DNA of 64,000 nt from Phoronis australis (taxonomy: Eukaryota > Animalia > Phoronida). The stretch spans positions 791,872 to 855,871 of the forward strand of contig NMRA01000070.1 in NCBI GenBank assembly GCA_002633005.1. The letters are read 5' to 3'. The position numbers were made by a program, and so were the translations under genes. The notes beneath the pieces were generated by a model. It made no database searches. It was not told the DNA's origin and saw only the letters and a list, made by a program, of their open reading frames with translations. Below are positions 28,317-40,900 of the stretch, one piece after another (the stretch's first letter is position 1; the number at the start of each line of letters is the position of its first letter).

Positions 28317-31300
28317 ATCTTTAAAGGATGTGCTCAAACAAATTAATTTATTTGCAATGTACAGTTTGTGTAATTTATATAAAAATATTTCGAAATTAAA
28401 TATATCTTACAATGAAGAGAGTTATAAGTCAAAGCATGTCAAGCTCAGGTAGCATTTGGACAAACTATACGACGACAAACACGGCTACTGGGAGCCAGCA
28501 GAATATGTGCCTATACTCAAATAATCCGAGAAGCCATTCCTCACTCAGTTCCTAAAAATATACTTCATAATACACATGCAAATTCACCCTCACCTTCCTT
28601 GAGATTTTTGTCAAAGGGAATTTAGAAGCCTTCAAGTCGGTTTTCAAGGGAGAACCCCCACTACTTGTGAGGGAAGCTTGATGTAAAAAACGGCGGGCTA
28701 GTAATACCATGATTGAGTCAAAGGCATTACCAGGTAATTTGGCTTCTCGTTGGCTTGTTTCTCATGCTGTGACCTAACAGCACGTAAAACTGTATTCATA
28801 ATTAAGACTAGCGAAACAGTTATACTCTTATGCGTCTTTAAAATGAAATAAAAAGGAACGTGATGGCACTGTTGAAGCAGGCTGTGCTTGTGCTAAACAC
28901 AGGTAGACATATTACTATCACTTATTTATGGCAGAGGCAATTAGCTTGCGTGAAGCCGTATGATGGAGACGGTCACGAAGTAATCAGTGTTTTACCCACG
29001 TGCAACGAGAGAATATGGATTTTTAATTTGAATGTGTCAGTGCGGCTGTTGGAGTTGCATGCAGCAGAAGGATGCCATTTGACTGAGATGGTATTCTCAG
29101 GTCAGGTGGTCGCTCAAGAGCCATTGATTCTGTTTGTTTACATCAGTTCAGCTTGGGCACGCGCAAAAACGTTCACCCAGAAACTCCTGGGGGTAGAGTT
29201 CATTAAATCTAAGACATCTGTGGAAAAGTAAGACTTCGCAAGAGTACGCGAAAGTACGCGAGGTTTTCCTTGCCGCCAGACAGCAACTGAAATCTAACTT
29301 AGACTGCGTTCCGTAGACCGAAAGACACGTGTGGCCCCAAAACCTGTCTTGTCTCGTGCCGGACTCATCTGACGGGAGTAATCAATCACGAAGAAAATGT
29401 CTTCTTCAACCAAAACATTAGAATAGAATTGACGTCTGACAGACGAGCAACGAATCAAAGCTTTATTTTGGTAAACTACAGTCCATTATACTAGCATGGC
29501 ACACCGTGTACTATTTTTCACTTGTTTCCAAAATCAGTAGAGGTATTTGCCGACGTTAGTAGATTTTTTCAAAAAATCGGCATTCACATATTATATAAAA
29601 TCATATCTATACACTGCATTACTACTCGTATCATTTGAAAGCAAGACATATGTCCCAACTACTGCGAGTTCATTGGTACATTTTCAATCGACTTCAAATA
29701 CACGCATGTACAAGTATGGGGCATCTTCAGCGATTATTTTTCAAGACTTTTCATTAACGACTCTTTTCTTAATCTAAACTTTTACAAATTTGAACATCGA
29801 TATCTCTTTTTGTGCGTGTGTCGAATCGTATAAGTGAATTTTGCACACTAAAAACTGCGTTTCGCCTTCTTTTAGCTGTCAACGTTGAATTCCTAATCAG
29901 ATAAGAAAGCGTTTATAGGTTTAAAAACATTACCGAACATATTGCCGAATGACCATCAACGGAAGCCACAGGCAACACCCACGTGCGCCATTTTCGAACC
30001 CGAAGTTTTAAAATTGGCCAACCACAATATTAACTCTGAATCTCAGTTTTTCAGTCGCTGATGGCTTTGATATTCTTCAGATGTTGCTAACGGAAATAGA
30101 ACCCTCATTAGGCGCTACATCTAATTTCCCATCCGACAATATTGAATACTTCTCATCGGTTGGCATATGAATAGCCAGTATTAATAGCACCTGTACTTTC
30201 ATGACTAGCTTCTTTGGTTTGGGTATAAGGGAACAGAGAAGGATGCCAGTGACAGTACTGCGTACACCTAAACAAAGAATACACGCAGTGACGGGTATTT
30301 TTGAAATACATGTACACCCTGTATAGTCTATAAACACACAACGGGATAAAAGACAAATCAACTCCGTTGCGGAAGGATAAAACACTCGGCAGTGCAACTG
30401 CTGCTCCATTATTGAGGAGGCCCAATTTTCCCTCTTTTTAATTAAGATTGTTAGGCCATAAAAGCCTGACAAGACCTGTGTACACAACAAAGCAACAGAG
30501 GGTTAACTGAGTACGATATAAATACATGTATCATGAAACGGATTTTATGACGAGTGAAAGGCATATTAATAAATCCGAAACCAAAAAGAGGCGATCCAGA
30601 ACCTCTAAAGGATACACTTGTGTGTCGAATAGTAGAATAAATATACGTAAATAAAACAACAAAAATAAATCACTGAAATTTTCGGATATGATAACATCCT
30701 TCGTCAAAAGTAAAATCAAACACTGTATGACGAACGACATCTGATAGATGGCGTAATGAGCATGATACTTTGTTGCTGAAAAAGTAAAGGATATAATTTA
30801 AGAAGTCTTTATGTTCAATCCATTAGGTTCAACTGTGTTAAGCTTATTTATCCAAAATTGTTCTCTTTTGAGGCTGTGAGGGGTATTGGAGTTTCTCTAT
30901 TATTTGTACAGAAAGATCTTGTAGATTATGTTAAAGTTTGGATTGAAATGATTACCTATAGACCTAATTCACGCGGCGGACATTGAAATCAAAAGCGAGG
31001 CTCACTGCGATAAACAAAGCGAAAGTTGCATTACCTGAGTTAAATGGCCGGTCTTTCGAGTCCAACCTGGATATTAAAATTTAAAAATGTGTCGATAATA
31101 AACCCCAGAGACGTAGAAAAATACATTAGAGAACAAGTTAATGCATCAAGGAGTTGTCTGACGAAAGGGTATAATTTTTTTTGGAAAACTATGTTCGAAA
31201 CATGAAAAGTAAATATGACCAAACTGCGGCGATCGTAGTGTTACGGATTAGGTATAAATGCTGAATGCAGGGTTACGTATCTTCTTGTAATTAAATTGTT

Positions 31301-32399
31301 GATAAAAATGCTTTTTACGCGAACCAGGTGATCTGCTCGTATTGTTGACGAGTTGAACTGAGATATATTCGACAGTGGTGGCTCATCGCATTTTGCTGTC
31401 ATGTGCAAGTAGTTACACCTGGTTTAATTTGTTGATCAAGAATATTAACATCAGGCATAGCCTGATCCTGGTGAGGTAGGGACTTTTGCTGGACTAACAG
31501 TTGATTTGTCATTGATCTGATAGAATAATTGATGTTATTAAATATATTTTAATTAAAATTAAAACAGGCTCGTAATTGAAAATAAAAATTATTTGACCAT
31601 CAATTCTGCTTTCTTGGTTTTAATAGTTCTTACGCCTATTTCATGTATCAGGTTTCAAATATGAATCTGGACCAAGTTGAATCTTAAAATTAAATCACCT
31701 AATTCGTTCGTCCAAAGCATAACCTCGTTTTAGAACTCGATTTAGTTAACTGGACAGAGCAATAATAGTTATCGTGTTTCCATGAGCCTCGCTCATCCGA
31801 GGTCGGAGAACTGAGGGTCCTGTGCCTTCTGAGAGGAGATTTTTTTCGCTGAAAGAGGGGAAAACTCTACCTCTTGATCACCATCAATAGCACACCCGCC
31901 GATNTTTATAAATTTAAAAAATTAATAGTAAAATAACGAGAGTATGTACATGGCTGTAATTTACGAAAAGAGTTAATTTTAGTGATATCTTTCGATTGGC
32001 AAAGCTCAATTTGTGATCTAAGCAGGCGAAAGTAAAGGAAATAGTGACTTTAATCTATGATTGCGAAACATGATACATTAAAACAAATGAGTGATACAGT
32101 TTTAAAAGACTTTGATTGAATAATTTAATGCATAACTTTCAAAATTCATTTTCAAATTTGTAAGTTTTGATTTTGTGTGGCAAAAACGGCTATTTTGCAG
32201 GTTTTTCACTGAAGCCCTTTTTGGCCAAATTTGGCACTCTGTAGCAGCCATATTGAACCTTTTCAAAAATGACCTTCTAATAATTTGTTTAGTCATTCCT
32301 TTCCTCTTCATAATCTAAAATAAAAAATCTTCCCTCTCCCGTAGTTTTGCTTACGAAGCATTACACCAACTGCACTTCGTCCTGTTTGCCTGTTCTCAG

Positions 32400-32472
32400 C
32401 TCGCTGATTCCCTGCGTGCCGCTAGGTGGTCAGTAGCGAGCGTGCTGGCTTGGCACGCAGGGAACCAGCGAG
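32400..32472. mobile_element. 73-bp MITE with 20-bp TIR and 9-bp TSD
   Basis: tgttctcag|ctcgctgattccctgcgtgc...gcacgcagggaaccagcgag|tgttctcag. Confidence 0.9.
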
Positions 32473-33290
32473 TGTTCTCAGTTGCCTCAATCATCAATAG
32501 GGGGCCTCTTGAAACGTGTAATTAGCTTGCAAAAACGACGCAAAAAGCTTAATGTATTTTAGAAAAAAACAGACAGCACTACTACTGAATTAACATTCTC
32601 TCAAAACGACACTGATGATAATTGCTTATTACAAAAATTATGTACCGTATATAAATTGTGAGTGGCATGCGTGCTTCGTCTAAATGATAGATGACATCGC
32701 TGTTTGTTTACATGGAGACTGTAAACGCGACTACCAGCCGAATGTGTCTTACTCGTGTTTTATCTTCGTTGTAAGAGCCAGTGACACAGGTAGGGAGGCA
32801 CGTAAGGGAGTTGTGGCCCTCTGTTCAGTGCAAAAAAACCATCTTCAACTCGGTCAAAACTCATTGTAAATTTGCGTTCATATTGTTATATCCCCACACG
32901 TTGCTACGAGTATCCAGACCAGTGGTCGGCCACCCCAACTGAAAGTGCGATAATTAACGGTATGGAAAGGCATACATTCAAGGTCAAGAGAAAACAATTG
33001 ATGAAAGACAATTTTATTAATGACTCAGTTCATGACAGAGATTAGGTAAACACAATTCAACACAACGACCTGGACTTCATAGCAAACATACCTAGTGACT
33101 CATTCTGTGCCGTAGCAAGGGGGTCAGATGCCGCGCCGGGCGCATGCCAAAGGGGAAGGGGTGCTAATCAAGTGTCGTCCAAGGGGGGCACCAGGCACAT
33201 GTTAACTGAGGGGTTTCAAATTCTACATAGGCCTACCAATTGGGGATGGGGCGGGGGGCACTGAGAGGTGTCGACGGGGGGGGGGGGGGN

Positions 33291-33350
33291 NNNNNNNNNN
33301 NNNNNNNNNNNNNNNNNNNNNNNNNNNNNNNNNNNNNNNNNNNNNNNNNN
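33291..33350. other. Assembly gap (60 N) within a G-rich MITE (~33105-33372)
   Basis: N run after poly-G; ends gccgtagcaagggg and cctacgccactg. Confidence 0.95.
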
Positions 33351-33479
33351 CAAGGAGGTGCCTACGCCACTGGACTGATTACTGTCATTTCACCACCACG
33401 ATTAACTACGATAAAATATATAATACATGTACTGTATATAGCGAGCACTACGAAAGCAAAGTTGGGTCATTTAACTCCA

Positions 33480-34750
33480 ACTGTGACTTGTGGCTCTTGA
33501 AGTCGAAGGTTCCAAACTTCTGAGCCAATATCCACTTTGAAATGTTAAGTCAATACCTCGTTCAGAATTTCTTCTGGAAGATGGGTGTTCAGGGTACAGA
33601 CATGACTTTCTGTTTGGGTGAAAACCGAGACCAAATTCTCTTCGGTGAGCATCACATATGGTTTGGCTCAACGCCTGGTCCTGCTCAATCACAAATTTGC
33701 ATATCCTGGCTAGTACGAGCCCATACTCTGCCACTGGCCTTGATTTATGCGGTACTTAACACCATCTCAGGTGTTCTGAATTGTCTTTAGCCTGACTGAC
33801 TAAAGGCACAAAGCTTTTGTGATAGCACTTGTTTGAAATTCTCTAAACGAGCAGAAATGACCTTCGTTCTTCATTTTGTCTTTAAGAACATGATAGCCTC
33901 AAAACCAGTTTTTACAAATAATAATTCGAACAAATCCAAACTTCAAAGTGAGTTATGTCCATTTAGTTGACCTGAAATTGTCAAATGGAAAAAAACAAAC
34001 GGTTGCATGTACAGTTTTTCTACATGTCCTCAAACCTTATGTCAGCTGACTCACTGGGTAAGGGTCACCAGGTTCAGTTTTGATATCGCGTAATACATCA
34101 AGAAAGCAACTTGTTTTGCATTTGAAAGACCTTAGAATTGATTTTTATAACAATTTAAAGCAGATTTCTTGCTCAAAATTTTGTTCAAATGGTCTGTTTA
34201 CTCTGCTCGTCATTTCCAAAAACAGTTTTGCAAGATAATTTTCACTAAAATGTAAATTTGAGGCAATTTTTTTTACTCAGTCATCAAGATTAATTCATTA
34301 ACTCTGTAAAACTTACACAAGGCTGGAAGGTGCAATATGGCGGTAAGACGGTCACAAAAACGGCCACAACAATTAGCCAAAAGTGGTATCTGGATTATCT
34401 CCCCTGTCTAGCACAAAGCTGTCAGATTTTAATAAATGGCTCATAGTTATGCACAGTATACTTTAGTTATTCCAGCCACCAAAGTATAACTTTTGACCTA
34501 TTTTGTCAGTTACTTCTTTTCGTTGCTGAAAACATATAATTTTGGAGACGGTTAATATGCCCAATTGTGCCAATTTGTGGTCTCATGCTCCAGCGGGGAA
34601 TTTAGGGGTCTCGGAGTGCACAACATTTGGCATTTACTAGATTTTTGGTAAGATACTTATCCATGTACAAAAAATTAGGTTGTTTTGAACTTTGACGTAT
34701 ACATGTAGACTCATTTTTGAAAATCTACTGGTTTTTATATGGACTGCCTC
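33480..34750 (-). mobile_element. 5' portion of a DNA transposon (probably Sola3-like) with a decayed transposase N-terminus
   Basis: The minus strand starts (T)TAA-like + GAGGCAGTCC at 34750. ~33850-33480 reads FVPLVSQAKDNSEHL..*..EYGLVLARICKF...TICDAHRREFGLGFHPNRKSCLYPEH...RGI, a Cys/His N-terminal domain I recognise from invertebrate transposases. The superfamily call is inferred from the GAG/TTAA end. Confidence 0.45.
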
Positions 34751-36678
34751 TTATTACCTGCCGAAAAAAATAAATGAAAAACGGAGTGGGTCGGCCGACT
34801 TGACGACTGTTTTCTGGACTAAATCTGGATATGATTGCAACAAAGGGTATTCAGTAATTACTTGAATATGTTTTGAGTAAACTGACTTCAGAAATTTGGC
34901 CTCTGCTCTTGTCTACTCGGATAAAGAATTGCCGCCATTATGAGAGCACATCCTTGTTCAGTGTTGAATTCTTGGTGCGAATCCGGCCAGGTACCCTTCA
35001 AACAAATCGGAAATTGTCAAGTATTTGGTTCGTAATTACATATTTGAACCTGAATTTCTGGAATATCAGAATGAAAGAGCATTGGGATCATGGACTCCTC
35101 TCTTGCTCCGGGCAGTTCTGAATTTGTTATTTTAGGTCCAAAAAGTCCAAAATCGCACTTTTGTCATTTTCCAGTGGATGTAGCAAGGTGAAAATACGTG
35201 ACTTTTTTGAATTTCTTCGGAGAAGCCTCACAGAGTTTACGTTCTGTTAGTTATGCCTTTTACAGGTGTTTGAGACAGCTGTGCAAACATGGGCTTTCCG
35301 TGAACCAGGCCAGTGATGAGGTCAAAATCAACTACTGCTGCCCGAGACCCTACAGTTTCCCCAAAGGTCCACCACGGACACAAATAAAGTCGCCGGGGTT
35401 TCGAATTTACAACTTATTATTTTGTGACGAAGGTCAACTCAGGATGTATACTAAAATAAGCCAAATGTGTTCACATGAAAACTCAATTGACAATATAATG
35501 CGCCGGCATCGCCCTGTGCATGACCAGTAAAACGAAGTGAAGAGTGCCATTAACTTAAGAAGATGCTATGTCTCATTAAAACTGTGGATATTTTAATTTG
35601 TAGCAAGCGCCACCTAGTGACTTGCTGGAGGACTGTGTGTACAAGCTGGATCAGGAAAAGAGACAATTTGTAAATAAATTGCGATTTCAAAGAAAGCGCC
35701 ACGACTGATACATATAAAACAAGTGTTACCATACAAAAAGCTCCAGTAATTGCAAATATTACGCCATCGTTATTTGATAGTGAAATAAACAAATAATAAA
35801 AAACGTGACTTTGCCTTCAGTGTTTCATTAGAGTTACGGCAATGCAATGTGGGTTCCCAAGAAACGTGGATGAAAAGTGTGCGCAATTATAACGGCAGTT
35901 TACTGTCTTATGATGTCTAACAAATAGACGAAACGTTGATTTATCATTAACTTCTTCACTTGTGCGGCGATCGCCCGGTTTTTAATTTCAGCACAAATTC
36001 CATACAGTCAATGAAAATATCACCGTTTTGCCTTAAACATTACAGATATGGTGGTGAACTGCTGGCATAATGGCTCATGCAATCAAAGCCCTATAATTAT
36101 TGGCAAAGAAAATCATGTCGGTGGAAGGGCTGTTAGGTGTTTATATTCCCCTCTCTTACCAGTGGTCTCACGATCGCTGATTTCTTTGAAGTGGATAGCA
36201 AAGGAAAATGACAAGTTTCAGGAAAGTAGATGAACGCGGTTGAAATAATGTAAAATTGTGCTCTGATTGCTTTTATTGGCTTCTGTTCACTTTGTGATCA
36301 ACATTATGCAGCGAGCTCGGCCTAATATCCTACAGAAACAAACCAGGGATTACTTCGCAAATGGATTTGCTGCAACGCTCGACCCTCAAATCGTACGTAT
36401 AGAGACATCCATTTTTTCAACATGAAATAGTCGCTGAGATATATTGGAGAATCACTTAAATTCGGTTATGGCCGACTACCAATTCGCGCGAAAAACATAC
36501 GCGGACATTTTTTTTTCGGTTTTTGATAACATCAAGTTTCATTTGTCTCGCCATGGTTCCTCCACTAAAACGCAATTTTTATGTCCGGGGTGCGAGGTGA
36601 GCGGGGAAGGCTTCGTTCGGGTGAACGTCTTAGGCTACATTAGGTGTCTGCAGTTTTGTCACGTGACCTCGAGTCCAG

Positions 36679-36758
36679 CTCGCTGGTTCCCTGCGTGCTC
36701 AGCCCAGCCAGCAGGCGCGGCTACCGCCCCACCTAGCGGCACGCAGGGAACCAGCGAG
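36679..36758. mobile_element. 80-bp MITE, same family in opposite orientation, 9-bp TSD
   Basis: cgagtccag|ctcgctggttccctgcgtgc...gcacgcagggaaccagcgag|cgagtccag. Confidence 0.9.
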
Positions 36759-37183
36759 CGAGTCCAGTAGTTCGGGTTCAGTGGACTTTGTTGCCTTGGC
36801 CATACATTGTATTTGGCGCTCGCGTTCCCAATCGACCAACCTGAGGCCTATTGAAGCCATTTTCAATTTTCTCGAGGTCCCAATAGTCCTTGATCCCTGT
36901 AGCTATTACTTTGCTTACCTAGCAATCAAAGTTCTTCATACTTGCACAGTCATTGGATAGTTATTTCGACTGGGGATTTTGTTTAGGTCATGTATTGTGC
37001 TTTTACGCTTTGCTGCACAAGAATACATCCCCGGGTTTCGTACAATGTATGAAAGAGGTCTTCCATTTTCTAAACGGTAGTGTAAATGACGTGGCCCTTG
37101 GCAATTTCGCAAACCGTGTAAACAGTCACGCCATTGTGCGGTCGATGTACGTTGCGCAAACCAAACACGTACATAGTGTAGAC

Positions 37184-37242
37184 ATGTCGGACAACTTCTC
37201 CACGTCTAGCGCTTCTACGCTTGCAGTTCTTAGCGACGAAAG
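37184..37242 (+). CDS. cAOS-like gene, probable coding exon 1 (MSDNFSTSSASTLAVLSDE-R)
   Basis: ATG at 37184 (another in-frame ATG at 37145). Donor AG|gtaacg is phase 2 and fits the acceptor at 38787. No homology support for this exon. Confidence 0.55.
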
Positions 37243-37955
37243 GTAACGCATAATATGATTATATAAAAAAACGTAATTATGTAATACTTCAAAATGAGCC
37301 ATTTTGACACAGCATTCAAAGACTCGTCAATCAATTGGACGAGTTCTTCTTTATCAATGAGGATGTTTTGCTAGACTACAGTGGTTATTTATGCATGTAT
37401 GCTGAGTTGTGTATGTAATTTGTATATGTTACAGTGACTTAATGCAAACTTTTTCAGAGTCTGTTTTGACCATACAACATTACGAAAAGTTGACAGAGAT
37501 ACCGATAACTTCGACGGAACTGATATTGAAGCCGAAAAATTATATCGGGGCATCATTGAAGAAATGCATATTTGTTATTCCTTGCAACGAATGTCAAGGA
37601 TTTTGTGTCACATTCCAATTTCGGGACCAGTTTTCCCGAAATTAAATTTGGGTTGAGTCGACTTTTAGCAACATCGTCATTTGTGGATGATATTTTGAAT
37701 TTGCAGTCAATAAAAACATTGGCAAAGTAGTAAACCAAGGGAACTGAGAATGCCCAGGCAACTTGCTGTAGACTAGGTTCACAAAACAGTTTGTTTTGAT
37801 AAACCAAATCATTGCATTGTTGAACGTGATTATTTCCTTTTGAAATTTCATATTAATGACATATTGTTTACTTAAACTGTAGACTTGAAAAATTCAGCAA
37901 ACTGGCGGATGCGGGAAATAATGTGCATCCATGACGATGAAGATGATGATTATGG

Positions 37956-37994
<39 letters not shown>

Positions 37995-40900
37995 CGATAA
38001 AAAATTTGTAACATGATCTTGTCTTGGAATGGAATTTCCACTGGATGGTTTGGCTGACATCGGCAAGAAACACTGTTGTGTCCATTTTCCCCCAAGAAAC
38101 CATGGGTCGATGCGGGTTATCCGCAATCTGGGTTCAGGTGCCCATTGGCCTATTCAATACATTCGCGTTCCTAGGCAATCGCGTAACTGTAGTACAGTAC
38201 TAGGAATAAAAGAAAGCCACCAAGTGGGGCATTGGCTTCATCGCGAGGCAAAATGCTCACGGTTCCTTATTTTACCGCTATCGTGAGCTATGACCTGATC
38301 TAATTTGCACTTGCAGTCTTTAGCTCTTCTGCGCTCTTCCTAACTACTAATTTCAATGTTCACTGTGTCAATGGTAACAAACTAATTTCCGGAACTAGCT
38401 ATTTCAGGTAACATTCGAGATGTCCAAAATCTCGATACTGTTACGCAATAAAAGTGTTATTGTAGATGGAGGGCCGGGCTGCCGGAGGCCAGTGAGGATG
38501 ACAATTCTGTGTTTGAATTACTTGGCATACTTGCACTGACACTTTATTTGAAAAACATGCAACGAAAGTCTTCTTTGAGGAAGACCTGGGGATAGAGTTC
38601 AGTAATGCTAAGACCTCGCTAGGACCTTGATACATTGTAGATAAGCAAGATTTTGCGAGATTACGAGAAATATTTCTGTGTATTTTAAATGAGAACACGT
38701 GACTTTGGCTTGGCTTCCTCACCGCGAGATAGCTACTGAACCCTACTAGACCTTGCACTTCAGTTGATATGACAACGTCGTTCTAGATCCGGGCTACCAC
38801 CTATTGGCGACTGGACGAATAATGGCTATGAATGCTTCAGGGAAATGTTTGGAGAGGATTTCTTCAGAAATGCACTTGCGAGGCAATTCAACGTGAGTTC
38901 ATCTTTTCAAGTTATTTCAAAAATATCAAACTTCCAGTCACGTAACCAGATTGGCAGGTTTCTAGTCTGCTTGTGCCATATTTGTTAACGCAATTTTGCG
39001 TAGGCCTATGATAAGTTTATATTCCATTGAAGCAACTCAGTTGTGGCTAGGCTTCGTTCGCATACAGCGGTCGCACGTGACTGGCCAGAGTAGTATGATA
39101 GTTTTGCATACTACTGATATGTTGCTTTTCGCAATATAGATAATGAAACGGGAGATCGCAAAAGTGCGAGATACGCAAGAACTTGCGAGATATCGTTGTG
39201 TATTTCAAGGGAAACATGTAATCTCCTTAGCAGCCTATACAACATGCTTGCGTCAACTGAACTCAGCCGCTATATACATTTACATGTTCACACTGTGCAA
39301 AAGTACTGTAGTAAGGTTTCCGAGCTTAGTACTCGCAACGCACTCGCCTTTCACTATCGGGACTTAACATGATCTTCTGTGATCTTTCTATTCTCACAAG
39401 AAACTTGGTCTACGGAACTCCAACCAGCTGCCAAAGGTACAGTAACGCTCGATTGTTGGCGTGCCGATTTTTTCACAGGGTATCTTTCCTCCGTAGGTGG
39501 CGCTGTGACAGAGGTCATTTTGAACTTATGATTGTTAACGTAACGCCTTTAGTAAAGAAAATACCGTGGAACATAAGAGACATTTTCGTTACCCATTAGC
39601 TCTATTTCCGTAGGACACACCAAGCTGTGACACTGGCTTCAGGAAGTTCAAATCCGGATGCAGCAGCATTTCACGAAAACTCTGCATGGCCGCATTTTTC
39701 ACGGGAAAGAATGTTACCCATCCTTATGGTGTATTGCTTTCTGGTACGTACTTTTCTTATTCTTGACAAATAGATGCCTACAAGTTAAGGAAACGTTTAA
39801 TTTAGCAAAACGAAACATGTCACTATTCAAATCTTTGAAGAAGCAGTCACAGGTTACGATGGATAAATTAATCAACGTTTGATAGTAAATGGTAATTGTT
39901 TGAGAATATTTTCAGGCACAGGAAAAGTTATCACTACCGATCTCGCGGACTGCGGTTTCTTTGCCCCAAACCAAACTTTCACCGTCACGGCACGTCACTC
40001 ATCAGCAGGGCGAAATTCTCATGATGATGCAGCAGTGACGATAAAGAGCTTGGCAGTTAGCTTCCATTGCACTAGTGATCAGCAAAGACTGGACTTGTTA
40101 TGTAACACTGGTAGGATGGGTCTATGGTACAACCTTCCCACATTTGAAGAATATTTGTCAAGCCTGTCATCCGTTAGAAAACTTGCGAAGTTCGTTAAAG
40201 GGCAACCTTGCAGGTAAATACACTACTGAACAAAGCCCATGCATTTTCTTAGTTTTTGAGGTTTCAGTTAGCTAATATGAAATGAATACAATCAAATCTA
40301 ACTAAATAAGCACTTTTGATACCAACCAATCACAATTTTTTCATTTTGAAGAAAAAAGTTACTTCCAAGTTTCTCACCAAATGGTGTACCGGGTGGAAGA
40401 CGGAGTGATTTGGTTACTTGACAATCAATTTGCGGAACACAGCAGATCAGAAGACAATGACGATTTTAAGCGAGAACTTAACAATTAGTATACAGACAGA
40501 GAGGAGAGTGGATACAGGTATGGCATTGAAGTACTTGAAGAATCAGACAATGAATTCAATTTCCCACTTAGCGAAATTTCGTCGGCTTTGAGGCCTTATG
40601 AACTCTGCCCATTTACACAAGAAATGCTGGAGACATGTGTGAGGCACAACCAACTGAACCAAAAGGTGGTAAATATTCGCAAAATAAACACTTAATAATC
40701 ACTGATGACAAATGCACAGTAAACCTGTGTCATCCTATTGCAATAATGAAATGAGCACGGTCTAAACACAATGCAAAACTCTATATGTCGATCTGAGTTG
40801 GCGTCGAGAGCCTAGCATCATTCGCCCTAGAATGAAGGCAGTTTCTTAGTAATTTTTAAAATTTGCAAATACACTTGCAACGTCCTTCATGGTAACGCCG

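Noticed and set aside
37868-38103. Poly-His and poly-Ile ORFs
   Set aside because: These are translations of an intronic (GAT)n microsatellite.
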